From contig CAYYEH010000010.1 in the NCBI GenBank assembly GCA_964470815.1, positions 1 through 56,684 on the forward strand: DNA of 56,684 nucleotides, written 5' to 3'. The notes beneath the pieces were generated by a model that made no database searches, had not been told where the DNA came from, and worked only from the letters and a program-made list of their open reading frames with translations. The DNA comes from an uncultured Rikenella sp. (GTDB taxonomy: Bacteria; Bacteroidota; Bacteroidia; Bacteroidales; VadinHA17). Shown piece after piece: positions 1 to 8,974 of the stretch (positions within the stretch are counted from its first letter, which is position 1; every line of letters starts with the position of its first letter). Both the position numbers and the translations under genes were made by a program.

Positions 1-20
1 TTTTTTAGACAGGAGGAAGC

Positions 21-695
21 TCAACTGTTGTTATGAAGCCTGATGCCGGCTGGTACTGTGGCTTCCCTGGAAGATACGATCCAAAGTATCACAACACTTA
101 TAAGGGCGGCAAAGAAGCACCATACCGAGGTAAGATATTCCTTGTAGAAGATGCCGGTGATAAGGCATGAAGCTGTCACCAGGATTCCGAATATCCACAT
201 CCTCCTTACCCCTGATATAAACAGTGGTACCAGTGTGGCAAGCAGGTATGCCGCAAATACAATGTCAGCAATCTGCCTCGGAAATGTATTTGTGTATTTT
301 ATATGGTGGCTGCTTATCTCAGGGCTGACATCATGGAACAACAAACCTGACCCGTAATAGAGTGAGGTGGCCACCCCTATGGCCAGGAAGACCATCAGCA
401 CCCTGCGCCGACGGGGGGAAGGTTCCATCAGCAATACAGACAGAGGGATCATCACCGGCCATAAAAACACCGCGGCAAAGAGAAAGGTGTAAGCGGCTAT
501 GGTGAGCATAAGTTCATGGCCCGGCGACTGCAGCGCGACCCAGACAAAACCTTCCGATATCTGCTGAACTCCGAAAACAAGGGGTATTGCTGCAAAAAGC
601 CTGCGCGACGGTTCGGTGTTCTTTCTGACTGTCAGTGCTCCTATTGCAGTGATCACCGCTCCTCCGGCGAAACTTGCTCCTGCCGAAAAACACAT
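21..695 (-). CDS. Multi-pass membrane protein, DUF6629-like
   Basis: 224 aa with about 7 hydrophobic segments. N-terminal MCFSAGASF and late TSVWCFFAA resemble this family as recalled. AAGGAG lies upstream. Confidence 0.6.
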   Translation of the reverse strand: MCFSAGASFAGGAVITAIGALTVRKNTEPSRRLFAAIPLVFGVQQISEGFVWVALQSPGHELMLTIAAYTFLFAAVFLWPVMIPLSVLLMEPSPRRRRVLMVFLAIGVATSLYYGSGLLFHDVSPEISSHHIKYTNTFPRQIADIVFAAYLLATLVPLFISGVRRMWIFGILVTASCLITGIFYKEYLTSVWCFFAALISVVILWIVSSREATVPAGIRLHNNS

Positions 696-775
696 GGTAC
701 TTTCTCCTTTTGAAGAACCAATTTAATGAATTTTGATATTTCATGGTATCTTGCCTCCGGAAAAGAATGCCGACA

Positions 776-2635
776 ATGAAAAAGACGATACTCATTTCCG
801 TAATCTTCCTGTTCCTGTGTTCCATCTTTATGAGCGGTCAGGAAGGGAGATTCAGTTTTGCACTGGTGACCGACATCCACATAGGAGGCACCGGCGCTGA
901 CGAGGATCTTCAGCGAACGGTGGATGACATCAATTCCATCGATTCTGTTTCCTTTGTGATTGTATCAGGCGACGTCACCGAATTCGGTTCTGACGCAGAG
1001 CTGTATCTTGCGAAGAAGATACTTGACGGTCTCACAAAGCCCTGGTACATCATACCAGGCAACCACGACACAAAATGGTCTGAGAGCGGTGCCAACAGCT
1101 TCCGCGTCGTCTTCGGGGACGAAGCTTTTGCATTCAGCCATGAAGGTTGGCTCTTCATTGGCACCAACTCCGGGCCGAACATGAGAATGGGTCCGGGGCA
1201 GATACCCAGGGAAAACATCGTCTGGCTTGACTCCGTTCTGAGTATCCCCTCCATCAGGGATCTGAAGATAATATCCGTCAATCACTATCCTCTGGATGCG
1301 GGGCTTAACAATTGGTATGAGCTCACTGACAGGCTGAAGAGGCTTGATACGAGGCTGGCGCTTTGTGGCCACGGCCATTCGAACAGGGTGATGAACTTCG
1401 AAGGGATTCCCGCACTTATGGGCCGTTCAAACCTGCGTGCAGGAAAGGAGTACGGGGGTTACAACATAATGACCATAACCGGTGACACCGTGCTTAATGC
1501 CTCTGTCAGACACCCCGGCGTGGCCACCATGCCGGTATGGGCCTCTCTACGCCTTGACAGAAATGATTTTGCTGCCGATACTACCATGTGGCCAAGACCT
1601 GATTATTCAATGAATGACTATTTCGGCCGGGTGCGTGAAAAGTGGCGTGTCCAGGAAGATGCTGACATAGGTGCGGGAACTATGGTTACTAAAGGGCTTG
1701 CAGTGATAACCAACACGGCAGGTGATGTCAGTGCACTCTCCGCCAGGAACGGTCGAAGCAGATGGAGCTACCCCACCGGGGCAAAGATTTACAGTACCCC
1801 GTCAACTGACGGCAAAAGGGTTATCGCCGTTTCGGCTGACGGTATGGTAAGAGCCCTGGGACTGAAAAACGGGAAGCTGCTTTGGAGCTATGACACGGGG
1901 CAACCGGTGGTGGCATCGCCGGTGATCAGTGACGGGAAAGTGATCATTGCCGGGTCTTCGGGCAAATGCCATGCACTTGACATCAGTGACGGTGCACTTC
2001 TGTGGAGCAACGGTGAGATAGACGGCTTTGTGGAGACCATCCCTCTTGTTTACAGGGGCATGGTGATCTTCGGCACATGGAATAATCGCCTTTATGCTCT
2101 TGATACTAAGACTGGTACAACCAGGTGGATCTGGAAAAACGGTTATGCAAACAGGATGCTCTCACCGGCTGCATGCGTGCCTGTGGCTGCAGACGACCGG
2201 CTTTTTGTGGTTGCTCCCGACAGGAAGATGGCATGTATTGACGTCATGACCGGAGAATTCATCTGGCACTCTGACCTGGGCGGTGTGGCAGTCAGGGAGT
2301 CGATGGGCCTCTCTGCAGACAGTACAATGGTGCTGGCCAAGACGATGAACGGCATTGTCATTGGCGTCGCTACTTCCGCTGATCAGCCTGAGATCATATG
2401 GAAAACCGACTTCAATATAGGATATGATATTGCCCCCGGAGTGATCACCGAGCGTGAAGGCATCATCTTCATCCCCTCTGACAAAGGGATTGTGCATGCT
2501 GCATCCCGGGCTGACGGGAAGCTGCTCTGGAGTCACAGGATTTCATCATGCCTTATCAATAACATCGTACCGCTGAAGGGCGATGCCCTGCTCGTCAACA
2601 CCATGGACGGGGTGGTGGTAAGGTTAGGATATTAG
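776..2635 (+). CDS. Secreted calcineurin-like metallophosphoesterase fused to a PQQ-like beta-propeller
   Basis: Signal peptide MKKTILIS... (start could also be 743 or 767). Motifs TDIH, GD, GNHD, NHYP and GHGH, then repeated GxxxW propeller blades. Confidence 0.85.
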   Translation: MKKTILISVIFLFLCSIFMSGQEGRFSFALVTDIHIGGTGADEDLQRTVDDINSIDSVSFVIVSGDVTEFGSDAELYLAKKILDGLTKPWYIIPGNHDTKWSESGANSFRVVFGDEAFAFSHEGWLFIGTNSGPNMRMGPGQIPRENIVWLDSVLSIPSIRDLKIISVNHYPLDAGLNNWYELTDRLKRLDTRLALCGHGHSNRVMNFEGIPALMGRSNLRAGKEYGGYNIMTITGDTVLNASVRHPGVATMPVWASLRLDRNDFAADTTMWPRPDYSMNDYFGRVREKWRVQEDADIGAGTMVTKGLAVITNTAGDVSALSARNGRSRWSYPTGAKIYSTPSTDGKRVIAVSADGMVRALGLKNGKLLWSYDTGQPVVASPVISDGKVIIAGSSGKCHALDISDGALLWSNGEIDGFVETIPLVYRGMVIFGTWNNRLYALDTKTGTTRWIWKNGYANRMLSPAACVPVAADDRLFVVAPDRKMACIDVMTGEFIWHSDLGGVAVRESMGLSADSTMVLAKTMNGIVIGVATSADQPEIIWKTDFNIGYDIAPGVITEREGIIFIPSDKGIVHAASRADGKLLWSHRISSCLINNIVPLKGDALLVNTMDGVVVRLGY

Positions 2636-2639
2636 GCCC

Positions 2640-2808
2640 CGGTCCGCCAGCCGTCGGATACGGGGTTGAGTCTCATAGCTCCTCATGCTGAGGTCTGAAG
2701 GCCCCGTCACCCTTCGGGTATCGGGATTTCGCTCCGCTATAGCGAAGCTCAATCCGAGGTCAGTGGTCGGAAGGTCAGGGCGGAGTTCCTCCCGGAACCG
2801 GCTGGGGA
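2640..2808. ncRNA. Candidate structured RNA or element, family unknown
   Basis: GC-rich intergenic stretch with at least 7 complementary segment pairs (see findings). No known-family match recognised. Confidence 0.35.
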
Positions 2809-2924
2809 AGTGAAAATCATACAATAATAATTTTGTTTTCACCCATGTAAAGCTTAACTTTAGGAGTTATCTGATCGAATTCTGTTTCAAGCAATTAATA
2901 TTAACCTAAACACTTATTGAAATT

Positions 2925-3509
2925 ATGGCAGGATTCATTGATGAATTTCTGAAGAGCTATGGTCCTGAGGTGACAAAACAGATGTCGAGGAACTTCAATG
3001 TAGACCAGGGAACGGTGCAGAAGCTGATCCCCCAGCTTGCGCCTCTCATCCTTGCGGGGCTAAAGAGGCAGAAGGACACCCGGGGCGGTGATGAGAGGGT
3101 TGGTCATATACTCAACAAGTATGGGGATGCTTCGGTTCTTAACAACATCAAGGACCTTGTTTCCAGCAAGGCACATGCCCGGGAAGTTGATCCCAACCTG
3201 GGCGGACTGTTGGGTGATGCCGGGGGACTCCAGGCAGCCCAGGCACTGGCTAATAGGATGAACATTGACCCATCGACGATCATGAAGATGATCCCGGCAC
3301 TGGCACCGCTTGTTCTGGGTGCATTGTCGAGGAAGCGTGATTCGGGTGGTCAGGGTATCTCCGGTGTAGGTGCACTCCTGGATGCTGACGGCGACGGCAG
3401 CATCCTTGACGACGTGGCAGGATATCTGCTCAAGGGCGGCACTGCAACCCGGAAGGAGGGCGGCGGACTGCTCGGTTCACTCCTCGGCGGTATCACACGC
3501 CGGAGGTAA
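2925..3509 (+). CDS. DUF937 (YidB-like) protein
   Basis: Repeated 'IPxLAPLxLxxL' helices, LDADGDGSILDD motif and Gly-rich tail GGGLLGSLLGG. Confidence 0.8.
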   Translation: MAGFIDEFLKSYGPEVTKQMSRNFNVDQGTVQKLIPQLAPLILAGLKRQKDTRGGDERVGHILNKYGDASVLNNIKDLVSSKAHAREVDPNLGGLLGDAGGLQAAQALANRMNIDPSTIMKMIPALAPLVLGALSRKRDSGGQGISGVGALLDADGDGSILDDVAGYLLKGGTATRKEGGGLLGSLLGGITRRR

Positions 3510-3519
3510 CTCTCTAACC

Positions 3520-4065
3520 ATGAAACAGCCGGTACTTTTCCTGTCTGTTCTCCTGGTACTCTGGATTGCCGGTGCTTCATACTGGTATGTATGCAAGATA
3601 AGGAGCGACTGCAAGGAAGCTGTCACTCCCGCCGTTGAGATCCAGGCTACAGGTGATACCCTGACACCGACCCCCGAACAACTCCTTCTTTCCTCGGTTG
3701 AAGCGGCAAAGAAGTTTCTGGAGGGGGCAGGCGTACAAAAAGGATTCTTTGCTTCGTCATCTGCTACCGGTGACGTAGGCGGGATAACCAACGACTACCT
3801 GCATAAGCTTAAACTGTTCCTCGACAACAACCCGTCAGCCCGGGCAGAGGTAACAGGTCATGCAGACATTACGGGACCCGAAGCCTTCAACGTCGAACTC
3901 GGACTTAAAAGAGCCGAATTCGTGAAATCTTTCCTGATCAATGCAGGGATAAAAGCGGATCAGATTGTGACATCAACGAAGGGTTCATCAGAACCCGCAG
4001 CGTCAAACAGCACGCCCGAAGGGAGAGCCGCAAACAGAAGAAGTGAAATAAAAGTAATAATTTAA
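3520..4065 (+). CDS. OmpA-family peptidoglycan-binding protein with N-terminal membrane anchor
   Basis: TM segment with WYVCKIRSDC, then OmpA_C motifs GHAD, N..LG.KRAE.VK and NRRSEI. ATG 3520 is preferred over the ORF-track start. Confidence 0.85.
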   Translation: MKQPVLFLSVLLVLWIAGASYWYVCKIRSDCKEAVTPAVEIQATGDTLTPTPEQLLLSSVEAAKKFLEGAGVQKGFFASSSATGDVGGITNDYLHKLKLFLDNNPSARAEVTGHADITGPEAFNVELGLKRAEFVKSFLINAGIKADQIVTSTKGSSEPAASNSTPEGRAANRRSEIKVII

Positions 4066-4070
4066 ACATC

Positions 4071-4754
4071 ATGGCAGAACGTTTTACAGCAGATCTGCTG
4101 TTCATAGTAATCGTGCTGCTAATTGCGGCACTGCTGGGTTTTCTGATCGGTTATCTCCTGGAGAGGGAACGCTGCAGAAAACGGATAGCCCTGAAGGACG
4201 AAGAAATTGAGAGATTAAATGCAAGGATACGCAGGCTTGAAGAGGAGAAAAATGCCCTGACCGCAAATGTGAAGGGGCTTGAGGAAGAAAAAGCTGCGCT
4301 CCGGGAAGATGCCAGGAGAATGGACGATGAAATCGCCAGCCTCAGGCTCACCATTGACAGACTGGAGAAGGAACTCGTGGTAATTAAAGAAGCTGGTACT
4401 GAGGGAGTCAGGGAGACTGCGGCAGATAAATTCACTGAAACCAGTGAAAGAATTAAGGACGCTGAAACTGCCGGAAGGACTCCAGAAACCGGAATAAAGC
4501 GCGATGATCTGAGGGTGGTTGTGGGTATCGGACCCAAGATCGCCAGCCTGCTCATCAACAGGGGAATAACAACCTGGAAGACCCTTTCCGAAACATCTCC
4601 TGTATATCTGAAGGAGATCCTTGACAAAGACGGAGGCGAACAGTTCAGGATACATAATCCCGAACACTGGCCGCTCCAGGCAAAGCTGCTCGACGAGGGC
4701 AGATGGGACGAGTTCAGGGAGTTGGAGGACAGGCTCGAAGGAGAGAAAAGCTGA
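4071..4754 (+). CDS. Membrane-anchored coiled-coil protein with C-terminal helix-hairpin-helix (COG3743-like)
   Basis: N-terminal TM helix, heptad coiled coil, then DDLRVVVGIGPKIASLL...W..QAKL..EGRW. Confidence 0.75.
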   Translation: MAERFTADLLFIVIVLLIAALLGFLIGYLLERERCRKRIALKDEEIERLNARIRRLEEEKNALTANVKGLEEEKAALREDARRMDDEIASLRLTIDRLEKELVVIKEAGTEGVRETAADKFTETSERIKDAETAGRTPETGIKRDDLRVVVGIGPKIASLLINRGITTWKTLSETSPVYLKEILDKDGGEQFRIHNPEHWPLQAKLLDEGRWDEFRELEDRLEGEKS

Positions 4755-4786
4755 GTTTAGCGCACAGCGGAGAATTGCCTCATAAT

Positions 4787-4820
4787 GACACCCGGGCCCC
4801 TCACCCGGGTGTTGTGTTTT
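4787..4820 (+). terminator. Intrinsic terminator after the DUF937-OmpA-HhH operon
   Basis: Stem GACACCCGGG/CCCGGGTGTT with a 7-nt loop and GTGTTTT tail. Confidence 0.7.
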
Positions 4821-4833
4821 GGGCAGTGAAGCC

Positions 4834-4863
4834 TTTGAAAAAAGGTAAAAAATACTATATTTG
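4834..4863 (+). promoter_or_regulatory. Bacteroidetes housekeeping promoter for the kamA-like gene
   Basis: TTTG (4834-37), 18-nt spacer, TATATTTG (4856-63). Confidence 0.65.
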
Positions 4864-4915
4864 TTAATTCAGGTGTGGAATAACAGGATTAACATTCTAA
4901 AAAAAGGAGGTGCTG

Positions 4916-6442
4916 ATGACTTTAAACGAGGATTTTCTTTACCATCCCCGGAAGTACAACAAGATTGAATTATGGAAAGATGTAACGCCGGAGCAGTGGA
5001 ATGACCCTGCCTGGCAGAGGAAGAACTCAATACGGTCAGTTGACCAGCTTAAGAAGGTGATCAGGATGAGCGATCACCAGGAAGCAGAGATAAGACGAAC
5101 CATCGGGACGTTGAGGCAGGAGGGCAAGGAGCCTCTGAGGATCACCCCCTACTATGCCTCGCTGATGCAGGAGGACCCTTTTAACCCGGTCTTTTTCGGC
5201 GAAGTGTCGCATAAGCGTCTCGATCCCATTTTCTGGCAGAGTGTGCCAACGCCTGCCAACCTGATGTTCCCTGACGCAGGGGTTGAGGGAGCGATGAGCG
5301 AGGGATCGCGCAGCTACGGTGCTGCATACCAGCGCTATCCGAACAGGGTAGCGCTGTTTGTTGCAGAGAATACAAGCTGCGCCTCGTATTGCGTGCATTG
5401 CCAGAGGGCCAAGTCACTTGACACTACTGCCGATGTTAACAACCGCGAAGTGGATAAAGGACTCTTTTATATAGGGTATAACCGAAACATCAATGAGGTA
5501 CTCGTCACCGGCGGTGATGCGCTGATGATCAGCTTTAAAAGGTTGAAATATATACTCGGCGAGCTGAGCCGCATACCTCACCTGAGAGTCATCAGGATAG
5601 CCACCCGGGTGCCTGTGGTGCTCCCGATGCTGATCACCGATGAACTGCTTCAGATGATCAGGGAATCATCAAACAGGCATAACAGAGGTCCTGAGAAATA
5701 TGTCTATTTCATGACCCATATCAACCATTACCAGGAGGTTACTGCTGACCTGGCGGCTGCAGTGAAGAAGATCACCCGGCACGGGTTCACCATCCGCAAC
5801 CAGACCGTGCTTCTGAATCATGTCAATGACCACTACCGTACCCTGGCTGAGACCTTCAGGCGTATGTTCTGGGTGGGTGTCCATCCTTATTACCTGCTCC
5901 AGTGTCACAAGGAGAAGGGGATAGTCCACTTTATCACCCCCATCCAGGTGGGAAAGATTTACATGAAACACCTTCAGGGATGGATAAGCGGAATAACGGT
6001 ACCGCGCTATGCAGTCAACATTGAGGGAGGCGGCGGCAAGGTGCTGCTGATGCCCTCAGGGCATGATACCCTTAATCTTGATACCAATATAGACGACAAG
6101 ATATCGGAGAGCTATGCAAATGTCTATACCTGGGATCACAAGAAAATAGTTAAGTACGAAGCCCTCGGGAGGGCCACCAGGAAGGAGTACGAGCAGGCCA
6201 TGGGCATCATGGACCGGTTCGTCGGCCGTAAGGGGGTCTTTCTTCCCAGGATCATCATTGTGGATGAGAATGGCAACCACCTGGAGACCACCAACCGTAC
6301 CAAGCTGCCCACCTTTGAAAAGAGCAGGAAGGCTGCACTGCTGGGATACGATCTCTTCAACACGGAGATGCCGCTTACCAATCCGGTTGATGCATACGAC
6401 AGGATTGAAGAGGCCTTCAGCAGGTCAAAATTTAATAAGTGA
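4916..6442 (+). CDS. KamA-family radical SAM/PLP aminomutase-like protein, substrate uncertain
   Basis: CASYCVHC (CxxxCxxC), RYPNRV, TGGDAL, RIATR, NQTVLL and GGGGK (PLP lysine). Confidence 0.9.
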   Translation: MTLNEDFLYHPRKYNKIELWKDVTPEQWNDPAWQRKNSIRSVDQLKKVIRMSDHQEAEIRRTIGTLRQEGKEPLRITPYYASLMQEDPFNPVFFGEVSHKRLDPIFWQSVPTPANLMFPDAGVEGAMSEGSRSYGAAYQRYPNRVALFVAENTSCASYCVHCQRAKSLDTTADVNNREVDKGLFYIGYNRNINEVLVTGGDALMISFKRLKYILGELSRIPHLRVIRIATRVPVVLPMLITDELLQMIRESSNRHNRGPEKYVYFMTHINHYQEVTADLAAAVKKITRHGFTIRNQTVLLNHVNDHYRTLAETFRRMFWVGVHPYYLLQCHKEKGIVHFITPIQVGKIYMKHLQGWISGITVPRYAVNIEGGGGKVLLMPSGHDTLNLDTNIDDKISESYANVYTWDHKKIVKYEALGRATRKEYEQAMGIMDRFVGRKGVFLPRIIIVDENGNHLETTNRTKLPTFEKSRKAALLGYDLFNTEMPLTNPVDAYDRIEEAFSRSKFNK

Positions 6443-6492
6443 GTTAATCAGGGAGGGCGGTTTGCCCTGTGCCGGTAATTGAAATATTGAGC

Positions 6493-6526
6493 CGGAGGCC
6501 GGTCCTAAGACCGGCCTCCGTTTTTT
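6493..6526 (+). terminator. Intrinsic terminator between the convergent kamA-like and aor genes
   Basis: Perfect 12-bp stem CGGAGGCCGGTC/GACCGGCCTCCG, CTAA loop and T6. Confidence 0.9.
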
Positions 6527-6541
6527 AAGTGCTCTGTATCT

Positions 6542-8695
6542 TCACTGCAGCGGGGCAACCACCTCTATCACCTCAGGGAAGTCAATCCCTATCTTCTTCA
6601 GGTGCTCAATGGTGGGGATGCCGTTGTTGTTCCAGCCACGGCGCCTGTAGACTGCATCGCGCAGCAGATCATACTGTTTCTCGCGGAACTGCCTCATGAC
6701 CTTTATCTTCTCTTCGGTGCTCATCCCCTCCGGGTCAACGCCTATCTTCTCCTTCATCTGTTTGTCATAGCGCTCCTGGCGTGAGAGGTATTCCTCAACG
6801 GTTACCGGGCCGCAGGCGCGGTACGGCTGATCATCATCCTTGCGTCTTCCATATCCGCGGCGTATGTTGAACACTCTCTGGAAGTTGTATACCCTCTCGG
6901 AATCCTCGATGAGCCTGTGCTTGTCGAACTCCCTTCCGGTCACGGATTTGTAGATTGTGACATAATTGTCTACATGTTCCGGGACCTTTGCAGGTTCGTC
7001 GGTCTGTGCATTATTCTCCGGCTCCACGTCGTTCCAGGGGAGTTTGCAGAGGCCAACCAGGCCGAACCATGTGCGGAACATCGGGAAATAGTGCAGTGCT
7101 TCGGCCTTGTTCTCGAATGTCGGGATCTGATTGTTGACCATATCCATGAAGATGAGCCATGCCTCGTCGTGCTGCGGACCCTTGTTGGTGAGGGCATAAC
7201 CTCCCTGCTGGGCAAGCGACTCCTTCGACATGTACTGTGAGTACTCAAGTCCTTTGTTTTCCATTCCGATATCCTGCATGAACTGATGGTCGCCCCAGCC
7301 CTTTTCTGCAAAGATCTGCTTCATGCGACGGATACCCTGGCCGGCTATCAGTCCGAAGCCTTCACCCCGGGCCACCTGGTGCAGCAGTTCGAGTGCCGCC
7401 GGGATGTTGCCAAAGTTGAGCTCGAGGCCACCTGTGCGTTCCTTGTTGAGAATGCCGTTTTCATAGCACTCCTGTATGAACGCAAGGCTGGTTCCCCAGG
7501 TGATGGTGCAGATGCCGTAGGTATCGCAGTAGAAGTTAGTCTCAATGATATAGCGCGGGTCAAAGAATCCGCCGTTGGAACCCAGACCGGCAGCCGTCTC
7601 GTACTCCGGTCCGTCTACGATTACCTTCTGCCCGGCATATGGTCCTGAGGATATCTCGTAGTCATCCACTGCCTTTGCACATGACATGTTGCATCCAATC
7701 CAGCAGCCGTCAGGTATGCCCTGGGTAAAGAATGAGGTCCATACTGCCGAATCAATCTTCGGGGCATCCTTATGTGATCCGAACTTGTAGTTGTGTGTCG
7801 GCAGCAGGTCATGGTCATCCATGATCTCCATCAGGTGAGCGGTACCCACCTGCCTCATTCGGCACTGCTTGTCGTCGAGCTCACGCATCTCACGGTTAAA
7901 GCGACGTCCGCGCTCCTGGATAGCTTCGAGGTCAACCACGTTGTTGAGATTGCCCTTCACTCCCGGAATCCTGCATACCAGCGCCTTTATCTTCTTGTTG
8001 CGGAAGACGGTGCCTATGCCGCCGCGGCCGGCCTGCTTCAGCCTTATCTTCTTCCGCTTGTTGTCATAGAAGGTGAAATTGAGCATCCCGATCAGTGAGT
8101 GGTCTGCAGCCGTACCGGCTGATACAATACCAATATTTTTCCTGTCAGACTCATTCTCGGCAAACATGTCTGTAAGCTGCTCCGCAATGACATGGGTATC
8201 AATTGCTTCGGCCGGCGCCTCGAATATCTCTATATAGTGGTCAACACCATTGATGTAAACAATGACATCGTTGGCAGCCTTGCCCTGCAGCTCTATGGCA
8301 TCAAACCCGGAGAATTTGAGGAAGGGGCCGAAGAAGCCGCCTACGTTGCTGTCCATCACCGAGTCAGTCTGTGGCGAGATGGATACCACCAGGGACTTCC
8401 CTGTGCCTGAGTACTGGGTGATGCCGCCGATGGGGCCTGAGGAAATTACTATCTCGTTTTCGGGATCATCCCATTTTGTATCCGGTTTGGTAGCATCCCA
8501 CAGATAGCGGAGGCCATAGCCTTTCCCGCCGATGAATTTTTCCTTCATCACCGGAGGAACGTTTTTCTCCTTTATCTCGGCGGTGCCGACATTGATATAA
8601 AGAGTCTTGTCGGTATAGCCCTTGTCAAGAGGAGTCCATTTGTAGTTCCACCTGTTGAGCAATTTGTGTTTCGACTTGAGTTCGCTGATATCCAT
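6542..8695 (-). CDS. aor: Aldehyde:ferredoxin oxidoreductase family (tungstopterin, 4Fe-4S)
   Basis: GGKGYG, AGRGGIGTVF..K.IKA, GT...LP..NY, Cys cluster CWIGCNMSC, EYET, GxC late Cys and Y..RGW...GIPT. ATG 8695 is preferred over TTG 8725. Confidence 0.9.
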   Translation of the reverse strand: MDISELKSKHKLLNRWNYKWTPLDKGYTDKTLYINVGTAEIKEKNVPPVMKEKFIGGKGYGLRYLWDATKPDTKWDDPENEIVISSGPIGGITQYSGTGKSLVVSISPQTDSVMDSNVGGFFGPFLKFSGFDAIELQGKAANDVIVYINGVDHYIEIFEAPAEAIDTHVIAEQLTDMFAENESDRKNIGIVSAGTAADHSLIGMLNFTFYDNKRKKIRLKQAGRGGIGTVFRNKKIKALVCRIPGVKGNLNNVVDLEAIQERGRRFNREMRELDDKQCRMRQVGTAHLMEIMDDHDLLPTHNYKFGSHKDAPKIDSAVWTSFFTQGIPDGCWIGCNMSCAKAVDDYEISSGPYAGQKVIVDGPEYETAAGLGSNGGFFDPRYIIETNFYCDTYGICTITWGTSLAFIQECYENGILNKERTGGLELNFGNIPAALELLHQVARGEGFGLIAGQGIRRMKQIFAEKGWGDHQFMQDIGMENKGLEYSQYMSKESLAQQGGYALTNKGPQHDEAWLIFMDMVNNQIPTFENKAEALHYFPMFRTWFGLVGLCKLPWNDVEPENNAQTDEPAKVPEHVDNYVTIYKSVTGREFDKHRLIEDSERVYNFQRVFNIRRGYGRRKDDDQPYRACGPVTVEEYLSRQERYDKQMKEKIGVDPEGMSTEEKIKVMRQFREKQYDLLRDAVYRRRGWNNNGIPTIEHLKKIGIDFPEVIEVVAPLQ

Positions 8696-8728
8696 ATTAA
8701 GGTTTTTAATTGTTATCCGTGTCAATTA

Positions 8729-8771
8729 CAAATATCCTGCATAAATATCAGCAATCTGATGATAATAGTCA
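8729..8771 (-). promoter_or_regulatory. Putative aor promoter with Crp/Fnr-like box
   Basis: TGACTATTATCA (8771-8760), then 23 nt, then the -7-like GATATTTG (8736-8729). Confidence 0.55.
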
Positions 8772-8899
8772 ATATGCACATGAATGCGAGACGCCCCTCA
8801 TCATAGACTGCAATTTTCCCGGCGCGGCCGATTTCATCAGGACAGGTTCGGGTACGGGACTGGTTCTCTCCTTCGCGGGATCCCGGAATTGCCTGCATT

Positions 8900-8934
8900 G
8901 ACTGCCCGCTGCCGACTTCTGGCTTCTGACTTAT
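8900..8934 (-). repeat. Degenerate 7-nt-period array, single arm
   Basis: Minus strand: ATAAGTC AGAAGCC AGAAGTC GGCAGCG GGCAGTC. Confidence 0.55.
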
Positions 8935-8938
8935 TTTA

Positions 8939-8969
8939 TTTGCCAATCCCGATCAGCATAATAACTTTG
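8939..8969 (+). promoter_or_regulatory. Housekeeping promoter for thiS-ftsB
   Basis: TTTG (8939-42), 19-nt spacer, TAACTTTG (8962-69). The ATG follows 5 nt later. Confidence 0.75.
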
Positions 8970-8974
8970 CACGC

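Noticed and set aside
2640-2808. Minimal RNase P RNA (minus strand GGGAGGAACTCCGCCC resembles CR-I, with a P2/P4-like crossing)
   Set aside because: CR-V (ACAGAA..GCUUA), CR-II, CR-III and CR-IV are absent and the element is too short. It also does not fit 6S, SRP or known riboswitch consensus.
8790-8895. Moco/tungsten or TPP riboswitch, or hammerhead ribozyme, upstream of aor
   Set aside because: There is no CCUCC..GAAAGG Moco core and no CUGAGA of TPP. CUGAUGA...GAAA and a stem III exist, but stem I cannot form. The segment also lies upstream of the predicted promoter.
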